NCBI GenBank assembly: GCA_947176915.1
Contig: CAMWSM010000003.1
Span: 5,566 to 69,565, forward strand
DNA from: an uncultured Porphyromonadaceae bacterium
Lineage (GTDB): Bacteria; Bacteroidota; Bacteroidia; Bacteroidales; Muribaculaceae
DNA: 64,000 nucleotides
Direction: 5' to 3'
This document shows positions 1-9,937 of this stretch, one piece after another; the first letter of the stretch is position 1, and every line of letters starts with the position of its first letter. The notes beneath the pieces are model-generated. The model saw only the letters and a program-made list of their open reading frames with translations. It was not told where the DNA came from and searched no databases. The translations under genes and the position numbers were made by a program.

Positions 1-2
1 CA

Positions 3-731
3 AAGGTTGTCAACCTGCTGAATGCCGGAATTAACGTTTATCTTTACGGCTCTGCCGGAACTGGTAAAACCCACTTGTGCAAACAAGCTGCTGCCGCTTT
101 GGGTGTTCCGTTCTTCTCGGATCAGAAAATTTGCAATGAGTTTCAGATCACCGGCTTTGTCGATGCTTCCGGCAAGTATCAGGAAACGGAATTCTATCGG
201 GCTTTCACCCGTGGCGGGCTTTACATGCTCGACGAGTTCGACGCCTCCGATCCTTGTGCGGCTGTTGTGCTCAATCTTGCACTTGCTAATGGTTATTTCA
301 CTTTTCCGGGCGTTGGTCGTGTCGATGCACACGAAAATTTTAGAGTGATCGCCGCCGGGAATACGATTGGCCACGGTGCAACAATGGAATATGAGGGGCG
401 CAACTGCCTTGACGGTGCAACCCTGGATCGCTTCGCTGTGCTTCCGGTAGGTTACGATCCGGAAATTGAGCTTGCTAAAGCAAATAACGATCAGGATCTA
501 ATTAACTTTATTCACGAAGTCCGCCGGGCCGCTTCCGCTTGCGGTGTTCAGGTGATCGCGTCTTATCGTGCTATCGCCAACATTACAAAAATGCGCGGTA
601 TATTCTCCGCCGCTGAATGTCTGTCAATGCTCTTAATTAAGGGTATTGAAAAGGATCAGATTAAAATACTTGCTTCCGAATGTCGCGGGCGTGGCGTATG
701 GTTTGACGCTCTTAATGAAATAGCTGCTTAA
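3..731 (+). CDS. MoxR/CbbQ-type AAA+ ATPase, 5'-truncated by the window edge
   Basis: Frame is open upstream of the ORF-track start and reads KVVNLLNAGINVYLYGSAGTGKT (Walker A at 48-71). Walker B LYMLDEFD, sensor IAAGNT and Arg finger LDRF follow. Confidence 0.9.
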   Translation, partial: KVVNLLNAGINVYLYGSAGTGKTHLCKQAAAALGVPFFSDQKICNEFQITGFVDASGKYQETEFYRAFTRGGLYMLDEFDASDPCAAVVLNLALANGYFTFPGVGRVDAHENFRVIAAGNTIGHGATMEYEGRNCLDGATLDRFAVLPVGYDPEIELAKANNDQDLINFIHEVRRAASACGVQVIASYRAIANITKMRGIFSAAECLSMLLIKGIEKDQIKILASECRGRGVWFDALNEIAA

Positions 732-786
732 TAATCACTATCGCCGGGGGTGCCTCTCCTGCTCCCGGCCTTAAAAAGATAAGACA

Positions 787-1581
787 ATGAAACAAGTTAT
801 AAAGAAATTCGATTCACTGGGGGCGCTCTCTTCCTTCATTGCCTCAACTCCTGTAAACGGTGTTTTTAAAGATCAGTCCTTTTTATCTTCTCGTGATCGC
901 GGGATCTCCTTTAACGGCTCTGAATCCTTTGAGGCTGCTAATAACATGATGCTTCAGGGCTGGGCTGAAGGGGCGGCGCGTGTGCGAAAATATATGAATG
1001 CCGATGTAACTGCTACGGCTCCGAAAAGAGTTATTTATAACTCCGTTGTCGGTTTCGCTCCTAATGTACCTAATTATCTTTCCGGCAATCCTCGTAATAT
1101 GTATAATCAAAAACGCGTGAAAACTCCTAAAAAAGTAGTTACGGTTATTTATGACTGTTGCGTTGGCAGCGGTGTTGATACTAAAGATCTTGAGACAGCT
1201 GCGGCGGCTCTGTTTAATGTGATTTCTGGGCTTGAGTCTTCCGGGGTGCGTGTTGAATTGTGGGTTACAATGTTTAATCACTATGGCACAGATAAATTAG
1301 ATATGGCCGTAAAAATCAAATCAGCCGGACAGCCTTTCAACCTGCTGAAAATGATTTACCCGGTTGTACACCCTTCATTTTTGCGCCGGCATGGTTTCGC
1401 GGTAATTGAGAGATCAGAAATTAATGAAAAAGAATGGCTCAACGGTTACGGCCGGATTGTTAGCGACAGAAACGAAAAAACTAAAGCCTGTCAAGCTCTC
1501 CGGATCCCTTCCGACAATGTTTTCAGTTACTACGACATTTGCGGAAAAACAGAAGCACAGATTGCAAAGATGATCAAATAA
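787..1581 (+). CDS. vWA-like partner of the MoxR ATPase (degenerate MIDAS)
   Basis: Directly downstream of the ATPase. VVTVIYDCCVGS...LESSGVRVELW strand/helix pattern is typical of phage vWA-like proteins. Confidence 0.6.
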   Translation: MKQVIKKFDSLGALSSFIASTPVNGVFKDQSFLSSRDRGISFNGSESFEAANNMMLQGWAEGAARVRKYMNADVTATAPKRVIYNSVVGFAPNVPNYLSGNPRNMYNQKRVKTPKKVVTVIYDCCVGSGVDTKDLETAAAALFNVISGLESSGVRVELWVTMFNHYGTDKLDMAVKIKSAGQPFNLLKMIYPVVHPSFLRRHGFAVIERSEINEKEWLNGYGRIVSDRNEKTKACQALRIPSDNVFSYYDICGKTEAQIAKMIK

Positions 1582-1646
1582 CAACAAATCAGGATCGGGG
1601 CGGCCTCCGGGCTGCTCCTGGATCCCTTCAAGACTCAAAAAAAATC

Positions 1647-2539
1647 ATGGCTACAATTAAACTGACACCCATGCAGGAATATTTGTATAAAGTCTATCAG
1701 GCTTTAAATTCCGGTGTTTCTGAGGCTGAATTAATGCAATTACTTATGGCGCGCCCCTGCACGCTTAAAAGCGCAATTTCAGCGGCTTTTTATAAGTCCG
1801 TAGGCATAAGCGCAAATAAGCTTATTCCGGTATGACCCGCAAAACAAAAAACCTGGCGGCGTGTGTCGGCTTCATCGTCGCCGGGGTGATCCTTCCGGAC
1901 CTGGCAGTTAAAGCCGCTTGTTATATCCTTCTTTTCTTATTCACTCTTTAAATCCTTTCATAGCATGACAACTTTTGATTACACCGCCGCCCTCGCTTCT
2001 GCTCTCGATCGCGTCAATGAATCCACCTCGCGCCGTGTTTCCGCCCTCCGTGGTTGTATCCGTTCACGCGCTTTCGCTAATCTCTATAATATGTGTATGG
2101 CGAATTATACGCCGTCCCGCCTGGATCGCCTTGAGGCAGCCGAAACATATAAAGCATTTGAATAACCTTAAAACACTACCGCAATGAACGCAACCGAATC
2201 ACAGAAAGAAATAATAAAGTACCTCAACGCTCTTGTAAACGACTTTTTCGGGTCCATATGGGTCCCTGTCTGGGCCGCCGATCATATGAGGCGGGCCGCC
2301 GCTGCAATCGGGTTGAGGGTAACAGCAAGCATCTACCACGAGAAAAACGGCGAAATCTTGATCCAACTTGTATAATATCCACCAATATGAAAACAATATG
2401 CATTGACCGCTCCGGGGCTGTCCTCTACGGCTTTCAGGGCGTTAACCATCAAGCCGCTGAAACCATGCTTATGAATGATTTGTGCGTATGGACATATAAA
2501 GTAATTAACGCCTCCGGGGCGTGTGTATTCACCCGTTAA
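1647..2539 (+). CDS. Four small hypothetical ORFs (1647-1835, 1965-2165, 2184-2375, 2387-2539)
   Basis: Co-oriented, closely spaced ATG ORFs with A-rich leaders; no recognisable motifs. Confidence 0.55.
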
Positions 2540-2611
2540 CACTTCATCCCCGGCCCGTTTTAGACGTATGCCGCAAGTGTCAAGCCGGGGAACAAATAAA
2601 CATTTTGAGAC

Positions 2612-3478
2612 ATGGAAGCAGATATTAAATTAATCGACTACTCAGAAAAGGCCGTCGCAATCAAGGCTGAATATGATTGCGCCCTGCAAGACGAGTTCAA
2701 GATGATCGGCGGCCGGTTTAATTCCCGGCTTTCGTTCGGAGCCGGCTGGATCTTCAGCCGGAAGAAACACGAATCAGGTTTGCGCGGCCTGTTTAATAAT
2801 TACGGGTTAAGCGTGGCAAGTGTCCCGTTGTCCGACATGGGTGTTAACAGCGACAAGACAGACACAGACAGCGACGGAAAGACGCAAACACCGGATTATA
2901 TCCTAACCGACAAGGAGCGCAAAGAATGGGCGCAAAATATTGGTTATGACTATAAAAATTATAACGTCGCAATCAGGCTCTCGGGCGGTGAAATCGTGGC
3001 AATTCAAAAGCCGGATCTAAGAACGGAGTTCTGGCATCATGACGAGGGACCCGGATATGACGAGCATTGCAGAATAACAGAAACGGCGCAATCAAAGCGG
3101 GATTATTTCATCGGCGAGAACACTGACAGTTTCAGAGAAATGATTGCAGACTTTATCAGCCCCGGCACAGGAGATAATTATTATAAATATCTATGGCTCG
3201 GCAACTGGCACAAGGACGGGAGCAATCAATGGAGTTTGAAATGGCTGAATATCTCACCGGATTCAACAAACTGCCGTGAGGCTCTCGGATGGCATGACAG
3301 CGAATTGCAATCAATGTATGACGAAGGACGCTTCAAGCCACTCAGCGACGACGACAGGGCGAGATTGTTAGCTGGGTATAGAATTGCACTGGAAGCGATA
3401 GAAAAGCGCTGCAACGCCTACTTGAAACGATATGGAGAAGACAAGTTAAGTTTTAGAACCTATTGGGCTGACCGCTGA
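2612..3478 (+). CDS. Two-domain hypothetical protein with a DYSEKA...GGRFN...GWIF N-terminal module
   Basis: N-terminus IDYSEKAVAIK...IGGRFNSRLSFGAGWIFS resembles a module recalled from polyvalent proteins of Bacteroidetes mobile elements. Confidence 0.65.
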   Translation: MEADIKLIDYSEKAVAIKAEYDCALQDEFKMIGGRFNSRLSFGAGWIFSRKKHESGLRGLFNNYGLSVASVPLSDMGVNSDKTDTDSDGKTQTPDYILTDKERKEWAQNIGYDYKNYNVAIRLSGGEIVAIQKPDLRTEFWHHDEGPGYDEHCRITETAQSKRDYFIGENTDSFREMIADFISPGTGDNYYKYLWLGNWHKDGSNQWSLKWLNISPDSTNCREALGWHDSELQSMYDEGRFKPLSDDDRARLLAGYRIALEAIEKRCNAYLKRYGEDKLSFRTYWADR

Positions 3479-3566
3479 AAGCCTCCTCTCTCCTCTTATT
3501 TTATCCCAGACAAATAAACTATCAACCGACGGACAAAACGCCGTCACAACGCAAATAACAAGCCTT

Positions 3567-3968
3567 ATGGAAATACATGTAATTGACATGACCGGCGACC
3601 AGCCGAAAGAAACCACAATCAAAATGCCGAAACTCCCCGAATGGAGTATGGCAAGAGAGATAGGCTACGAGCCAAAGACAACATTCTGGAATGATTTCTG
3701 CATCGCGGATCTATACGGACCGGAAGCAATCATCGACACATTCAGGCGAGCTTTCCGCGAATGGTACAAGAACATTGAGTACCTGACAGAACTTGCGCTT
3801 GTGCTCAATCACAAGGGGACTTTCTTCTATCGCGAGGAAGAGCCGGAGAACAGCCCGCTCAACATGATCAGCCGCCTATATTTCATGATGTGGGAGCAGG
3901 TTGACAACTACGCGCACGATCATCTTGACGGCGAGGAATACGAGTATTATTTCAGAATCACCGACTGA
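3567..3968 (+). CDS. Conserved phage hypothetical protein (TTFWxDF...YLTELxLVLNHK family)
   Basis: ORF track; motif recognised from gut phages. Confidence 0.7.
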   Translation: MEIHVIDMTGDQPKETTIKMPKLPEWSMAREIGYEPKTTFWNDFCIADLYGPEAIIDTFRRAFREWYKNIEYLTELALVLNHKGTFFYREEEPENSPLNMISRLYFMMWEQVDNYAHDHLDGEEYEYYFRITD

Positions 3969-4387
3969 CGACAATGACCATGAAAGAAAACTGTTTCAAC
4001 TGCAAGCACATGAAGTGCGCCGGGTATCAGTGCTACATTTGCACTAAGCATGATTGCCAGGTCTCCAACGGAGAATCTTGCAGATACTACGAAGACGAAG
4101 ACTAACCGCCCCACGGCACAAAAGCAAGAGAGATGAACAATATAATAGATTTTGTGGAAATGTTCAACATACTTTTTAACGGTGGAAATTATAGAATCCC
4201 CGTAAAAAGGTTGGTAACTGTCAAGCAAGCAGTAAAAGCAAAATGGGGCTTTTACCCTACCGTAGTAATGGACGATGGCGAATTTGCAATTATCAAACTT
4301 TAACCCCACTCACCCCGCTTCCGGCGAACTTGCGAGGGTCGGCACCTCGGCGGGGAACCAACAATCAACCAATAAATACAAATAACT

Positions 4388-5584
4388 ATGGCACAGATAG
4401 CACAGACACCCCTCATGAAGCAGTATGAGGAAATGAAGAAGAAACACCCCGACGCAATCCTTTTATTCCGCGTCGGCGACTTCTACGAATCTTTCAGCGA
4501 CGACGCGATCGCTACAAGCGAAATACTTGGCATTACGCTTACAAGACGCGCAAACGGATCGGCAAGGTCAATAGAACTTGCAGGGTTTCCTCATCATGCG
4601 CTTGACACGTATCTTCCGAAACTTATCAGAGCCGGCAAGCGTGTGGCTATATACGAACAACTAAAAGACGGAGAGGGCAAATATGATTGCGTTGAGGAAG
4701 TAACACCCGGCAAGCAGGAGTCGGAGAAATCCACCGAAGGAATAAAGATCAAGGAAATAAACTGCATCTGCGATATAGAGCAGATGCGCGAGAAAGGCGA
4801 GCCGATCGCTTACTTCACAATCGACATACCGAAGGAGGCGAAGAATATCGGCAACTGCGCAGACAAGAATTTTTCGCGTCCTCAATTCATGGGAGTCTGC
4901 ATAGAGCCGGGCAACAACAAGATGATTGTGTGCAACACCAAGATCCTCCACGTCATTGACGCGAAATGCGAAGGCGTATGGCCGGAGGGAAAGAACGGCA
5001 AGCCATTCCAGTGCAATATTGACCCTAAAGCGATCAGCGTGCTTGCAGGTAAACTTGTTGACGTGGCGGTATGGGAGAAAAACGGCAAACTCGACATCAC
5101 GGCTTGCGAAGCAAACGGAGTACGCTCACAGTATCAAGAACGCAACATAGCATATCCCGACTATGGACGCGTGATACCGCAGAACTGCGACGCGATAATG
5201 ATGATAGCACAAGACTCCATCCAGCCTTTACGTTCTTATCTGAAGGTGAACAGAGGCAAGACAAAAGCTGAGCGAGAGAACCGCATCGCGATCGTTGAAG
5301 CAAGCGAAAACGGCAACGAGTGCAGAGTGTCAGTGTATGAGGTAAGTAAAAGTTATGGGATTACCAGCAACCGCGTTGGCGAGCCGTTGGTTGTAAAGAT
5401 TGACAGATGCGACACCGACGTGAAGATTGCATACAACGCCCATCTACTTTACTTTGCGGTAGAAGATGATTTCAACGGAGAGATATGGCCGTCTGACAGT
5501 CGCGCCAACAAATTCAACGGAGAGATGCGGCAGACATTACTTATGCCGATGGTTGCCAATTACGAAGAGATAGAGAAACAATAA
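4388..5584 (+). CDS. Fusion of MutS mismatch-recognition domain I with a DnaN (beta-clamp)-like region
   Basis: aa 1-90 TPLMKQY...FRVGDFYE...[25 protein letters not shown] match MutS domain I. The C-terminal part has [17 protein letters not shown] and a terminal LLMPM, as in DnaN. No ATPase domain. Confidence 0.85.
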   Translation: MAQIAQTPLMKQYEEMKKKHPDAILLFRVGDFYESFSDDAIATSEILGITLTRRANGSARSIELAGFPHHALDTYLPKLIRAGKRVAIYEQLKDGEGKYDCVEEVTPGKQESEKSTEGIKIKEINCICDIEQMREKGEPIAYFTIDIPKEAKNIGNCADKNFSRPQFMGVCIEPGNNKMIVCNTKILHVIDAKCEGVWPEGKNGKPFQCNIDPKAISVLAGKLVDVAVWEKNGKLDITACEANGVRSQYQERNIAYPDYGRVIPQNCDAIMMIAQDSIQPLRSYLKVNRGKTKAERENRIAIVEASENGNECRVSVYEVSKSYGITSNRVGEPLVVKIDRCDTDVKIAYNAHLLYFAVEDDFNGEIWPSDSRANKFNGEMRQTLLMPMVANYEEIEKQ

Positions 5585-5640
5585 ACACAATCATAAACCC
5601 CGAAATACGTTTGTAAAGTAGGGGTACAAAACTAAACGAT

Positions 5641-5826
5641 ATGAGACTGTCAAGAATAAAATGGCTCAACATGCTGCTCAACGTGCTGGCACTCGTCGTG
5701 CTGCCTGGAGTGTTGGGAGCGTTGATGTATCTATACATCGAAGTGCTTTTAGCGGCGATATTCATTGTTCCAGGGGCAATCATGTTCTTTGGGGAAGCGT
5801 TGAAGAACGGAGCGGATATGAAGTAA
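5641..5826 (+). CDS. Small two-TM membrane protein
   Basis: 61 aa with two hydrophobic stretches. Confidence 0.55.
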   Translation: MRLSRIKWLNMLLNVLALVVLPGVLGALMYLYIEVLLAAIFIVPGAIMFFGEALKNGADMK

Positions 5827-5851
5827 TAATGAACCTTATACAGACCTGGAT

Positions 5852-6595
5852 ATGACACAGAACAACAGACCGTATGTGCTTTGGAGGCGCGTATCTACAA
5901 AAGAACAAGGAGACAGCCAGCTCGGATTGGAGGCTCAGTCAGCAATCGCGGAATACTTTATGCGCTGTGAGCCGATAGAGACATTCACAGACGTTTACAG
6001 CGGCACCAAACTTGCGGAGTGCCCCAATTTAAACAAAGCGATGAAATACTGCAAGGAGCATGGCTATCTGCTTGTGATCGCAAAGACAGACCGCTTCCGC
6101 AATGTAAAGGAAGCGTTGGCGATACTTGACGAAATGGGAGAAGGAAACCTTTCATTCTGCGATCTCCCGACAACCGACCGCACGGTGCTTACAATGATGT
6201 TCGCCATGTGGGAGCGTCAGGCGATCATGGGACGCATAAACACAAAGCTTGCCCTTAACGAGCGCAGGAAACAGCGGGATGAGCACGGATATTGGATAAG
6301 CAAGACCGGGAATGTCCGTACACACTTCGGACGCGAGAAGGGATGCGATCTCAGTGCCGCCACTGCCGCCGCCGCAATCAGCCATACGGAGCGCAAGGAA
6401 GCATGGCGCGAGTCCTCCCCAGCCTTCAAATGGGTAATGGATAAGGTTAAGTCCGGAATGCCGAGAAAGGAAATCATCGCGGAGTTCAACCGCCTCCATG
6501 AACTCCAGCCAGATGTCTTCTGCACTCCGAGAGGATCCAGGTTGTCAGCAGGCGTACTCTCCTATTGGATTAAGGATTCAGCGGAAATTGTATAA
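5852..6595 (+). CDS. Serine recombinase (resolvase/invertase family)
   Basis: YVLWRRVSTKEQ...LGLEAQ with the catalytic Ser; DVYSG; LVIAKTDRFRN; ERQAIMGR. Confidence 0.9.
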   Translation: MTQNNRPYVLWRRVSTKEQGDSQLGLEAQSAIAEYFMRCEPIETFTDVYSGTKLAECPNLNKAMKYCKEHGYLLVIAKTDRFRNVKEALAILDEMGEGNLSFCDLPTTDRTVLTMMFAMWERQAIMGRINTKLALNERRKQRDEHGYWISKTGNVRTHFGREKGCDLSAATAAAAISHTERKEAWRESSPAFKWVMDKVKSGMPRKEIIAEFNRLHELQPDVFCTPRGSRLSAGVLSYWIKDSAEIV

Positions 6596-6602
6596 GACAC
6601 AA

Positions 6603-6635
6603 AATCCCCGACACCCACAAAGAATGCCGGGGATT
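6603..6635. terminator. Hairpin between the convergent early operons
   Basis: AATCCCCG (6603-6610) pairs with CGGGGATT (6628-6635) in the short gap between convergent stop codons. Confidence 0.6.
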
Positions 6636-6642
6636 GTATTAT

Positions 6643-6852
6643 TCATTCCTCTGCCTTTACGAAGTAAACATGTTTCTTATCCTCCCGTGTTTTGGCATCA
6701 CACTTCTTCCGGGGACATGGATGATGATAGTCCGCATGAAGGCTGAAGCAACATTCATCGCATGAGTTGTTGAATGAAAACTCCTTTGCCGTCACCCTCA
6801 TTCCGTCAATCACTCCTATTCCTCCGATCGGAATATCCTTGCTCTTTTTCAT
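6643..6852 (-). CDS. Small Cys-rich phage protein
   Basis: CDECC...CPRKKC; overlaps the upstream gene by 4 nt. Confidence 0.6.
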   Translation of the reverse strand: MKKSKDIPIGGIGVIDGMRVTAKEFSFNNSCDECCFSLHADYHHPCPRKKCDAKTREDKKHVYFVKAEE

Positions 6853-7166
6853 TCCTCATACATGATCTTGAAGTCCTTCTTCCCATGCGACTTGAACCGC
6901 ATCGCCACGTCATGCTCGATGCTGCATCCGCAAGACCCTTCCCAACCCTTGCAGAAGAGTATCGCGTCGCAGCCGAGCATGGCGCGTAGGTCGTAGCAGA
7001 TGTGGTCCTCGTAGGTCGGATTGTGTTCGGCGTAGATGTTGAGCGGATTGACGGGGATGTGTCCCTCTTTTGACAGTTTGGTCATGATGGCGTCGGCCTT
7101 CTGCCTCGCCTCGCGTTCCTGTCCCGATACCGGGACGCTGATGTAGATACGTAGTTTCTGTTTCAT
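6849..7166 (-). CDS. DUF4406 / nucleoside deoxyribosyltransferase-like protein
   Basis: IYISVPVSG...PVNP...CDAILFCKGWEGSCGCSIEH pattern. Confidence 0.8.
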   Translation of the reverse strand: MKQKLRIYISVPVSGQEREARQKADAIMTKLSKEGHIPVNPLNIYAEHNPTYEDHICYDLRAMLGCDAILFCKGWEGSCGCSIEHDVAMRFKSHGKKDFKIMYEE

Positions 7167-8429
7167 TGCTCTATCTCGTTAAGTTTTCGTTTATGTGAAA
7201 CAAGGGTCTCAATCATCCTCACCACGGCTTCGATGACGCTTGCATCCTCGGATTCATAAAGTTTGTACAAACCATCCTCTTCATCCATAGGCGCATATAA
7301 TCCGTGCCATTTCACCGGGCCGGGGTATATTATAAGTCCGTAGACGTACTTATCGTAGCCGCCGTCGGGGTCATCGTCTTCATACGGACTACCTGTGATT
7401 ATCGGAGGCAGTAGTGTCAAAAGCCTACCCAACGACCATCCATACCCCACGATGTAGGGGTTGGAGTCCTCAATTATCTCGGTGCGCAGAGCCAGGCGCG
7501 GATTAGGCTTATCCTCCATCCACACGAAGTCCGCGCTCTTCGGGTCAACTCCGCAGGCTATGATTCTCTTGCTCTGCTCGGGAGTTGTTGATATTTGTTG
7601 TTCCATTATTCCATCGGTGTTATAGTTAATTTTACGCGCTTTGGCTCGCTCTCGCAGTCCATATCCAGGAAGAGTTTGCTATCTAATTCATACTTCTCTC
7701 CATCGCTCTCCCATCCAATTTCATAGTCTCCAGTATCGCAGAACTCTCTACTTTCGGCGTGGGGCTTCTGAGTATGGAGGAAGCATCCGCCAATTCCCCA
7801 TTCATCAACTGCCACCCAACCCTCAATCACTTTCTCGGGAGTGTCGGAGAGAAATTCTACTTCATCACGACTATACTCATTTTGAGCGAAAAACTCAGTT
7901 TCATCATTCCGATAAACGGTTACTTTGGAATCGTTGTAATCAACAACCTCAACTATCTCATCCGTAGCCAATACCTTTGCCTTCATTTCTTCTTCTCCTT
8001 TCCTAAAAGTTCAAGAACCTTGTCTATGCCTGCGGAGAGGGCTTGCTCGTAGGATTCAAACTCTCCTCCGTTTTCTTTAAGCCATCCTCCAGTGGGGACT
8101 TGGAACAACTCAAAACTCCAAAAGTAGTTATCTCCGTCACATCTATCATTGCTAATGCTATACGGATTGAGTGAAATATGGATGCCTTTATCTCTCAACC
8201 ACGCCGCTGCTTGGTCGAGTCTCGGGGCAGGAACACCTCGGTAATCATCCTCGTTGTTCTCGTTGATAAAGTACACGATATAAGCGTCTACCAGCTGCCC
8301 TTCGCTGTAGTAATCATTAGGGTCGCCATTGAAGCAAAATGATTCGGTCACATAGTATTTGTCAACGCCGTCGAAGCCTAATTCATGAAGTCGTTTTGCC
8401 TGCTCCATCGAAACATAATGCTCAGTCAT
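7163..8429 (-). CDS. Three coupled hypothetical phage genes (7163-7606, 7606-7986, 7983-8429)
   Basis: Overlapping stop/start junctions. Two carry a TxEQ(S/A)KRLxExG motif and one a GWVAVD...KP...EP motif. Confidence 0.75.
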
Positions 8430-8577
8430 CTCATCCTCCTTTCTTTTCTAAGTTTGTCATAATACTCGTCCCTCTCGCCTATTTCCTTATCCATCCTCTC
8501 GCAGTAGGTCTCGTATTCCTCGTCGGTCATGTCGTCCTCGGGAAAATACGGCTCCTCGTCGGTGCGTTCAATCTGTT

Positions 8578-8874
8578 TCATTTCTCAGCCTCCTCTCTGT
8601 ATTCTTCATCGAAGTTGTCGCATACCCAATCCACCAATTCGTCTATCAAGCCATAGTCGTCACTGTCGCCGTGCTCCAACGTTAGTTTTGTCAACTCACG
8701 CGCTTTCTCCTTCTCCACGATGCAGAACTTCTCCAGCAAGAAGTTGCCGAACGAATTGCAAACCTCCCATACATCGTGATATTCGTCAATATTTTTCGAG
8801 TCCGACATATCGTCATCCCTGAACAACTCGTCGGTGTATTGGGTCGCGAGCTTCCTTATATCTTCGTCTGTCAT
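8578..8874 (-). CDS. Acidic hypothetical protein (probable start MTDED)
   Basis: ORF track 8578-8901; the internal ATG at 8874 follows the stop of the interrupted upstream gene. Confidence 0.6.
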   Translation of the reverse strand: MTDEDIRKLATQYTDELFRDDDMSDSKNIDEYHDVWEVCNSFGNFLLEKFCIVEKEKARELTKLTLEHGDSDDYGLIDELVDWVCDNFDEEYREEAEK

Positions 8875-9164
8875 ATCATTAAATTTTAACGGGTTCATCA
8901 TTCCACGTCAGTTCTCGCCCTATGAGTTTGGCGATTGAGCCGTTAGGAAGTTTATTGAATGAATTTTTATACAAATGTAATAAGCAAATTTTAAATCCCC
9001 AATTTTCGGGAGTGTTAATTCCTCACCCTAAAATAGCTTCAAAAGGTTTATAAATTTGGTCAAAAATACTGTTTTTGAGACTCTGCTGCTCTTCCTCTCT
9101 CCTTCTGGAGGGGGATGCCCGAGCGGCGGGGGCGGCCTAAACCGCCCCCGAGAGCGGATACGGT

Positions 9165-9932
9165 CTATGTCTTTTCCTCAAAGATCGTCTTCCTGTTGCG
9201 CAGCCTGTAGCTTTCCCCGGACAGCTTTATGACCTCGCAGCGGTAGAGAAGACGGTCGAGCAAGGCGGTTGCGATGACCTCGTCATCCAGCGTGGCGGCC
9301 CATTCGGTGGGAGCCTTGTTGGTGGTTATTATGACCGATGTCTTCTCATGCAGGGCGTTTATGAGGTTGAAGAATCCGGCGGCGTCCTGCTTCTTTATCG
9401 GGAAGAGCATGATGTCGTCTATGGCCACCAGATGGGCGCGCAGCAGCTTGTTGTAGGCCGTCATCGCCGACGGGGACAGCTCCTTCATCTTTATTATGCC
9501 CATGATGTCCTCCATGGTCATCATGTATGCCCGCAGCCCGTTGCACACGGCCTGGTGGACGAGTCCGGCGGCTATGAAGGTCTTGCCCGTCCCGGAGGGA
9601 CCCATCAGTATGAGGTTGTAGGCCTGCGCCAGCCAGTTGAGTTCCCTGAGCTCGTCAAGCCGTCCCTTGGGCAGCCCGGACGAGAAGTTGGAGTCGAACA
9701 GCTCCAGGTCATGCCTAGGCGGAAGGTTGGCCGCCCTCAGCCTGCGGGCGAAGTCCTTCTCCCTTTTTGCGTCGATCTCCCTCTGCAGGATGTCGAGCAG
9801 GAACTCGGAGTATCCCGGTCTGTCCTGCTGGGCGCGGTGCAGGGTCGCCTCCAGTCCCGTGCCGATGTTGCACAGCCTCAGTCTTGAGGCGTACGCCTTT
9901 ATTTTTGTTACGGTGTCGTTCTGTTCCATCAT
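9165..9932 (-). CDS. istB: IS21 helper ATPase IstB
   Basis: Walker A GPSGTGKT, Walker B LVAIDD, LLDRLLYR. Start placed at MMEQND just after the istA stop. Confidence 0.95.
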   Translation of the reverse strand: MMEQNDTVTKIKAYASRLRLCNIGTGLEATLHRAQQDRPGYSEFLLDILQREIDAKREKDFARRLRAANLPPRHDLELFDSNFSSGLPKGRLDELRELNWLAQAYNLILMGPSGTGKTFIAAGLVHQAVCNGLRAYMMTMEDIMGIIKMKELSPSAMTAYNKLLRAHLVAIDDIMLFPIKKQDAAGFFNLINALHEKTSVIITTNKAPTEWAATLDDEVIATALLDRLLYRCEVIKLSGESYRLRNRKTIFEEKT

Positions 9933-9937
9933 GTGTG

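Noticed and set aside
4388-4660. Host mutS gene indicating a chromosomal flank
   Set aside because: Only domain I is present, it is fused to an unrelated region, and the neighbours are phage genes.
9127-9150. GC hairpin in IS21 resembling the 53-kb REP-like palindrome
   Set aside because: Similarity is limited to a short GGGCGG/CCGCCC stem just after the istB stop and is best explained as a terminator.
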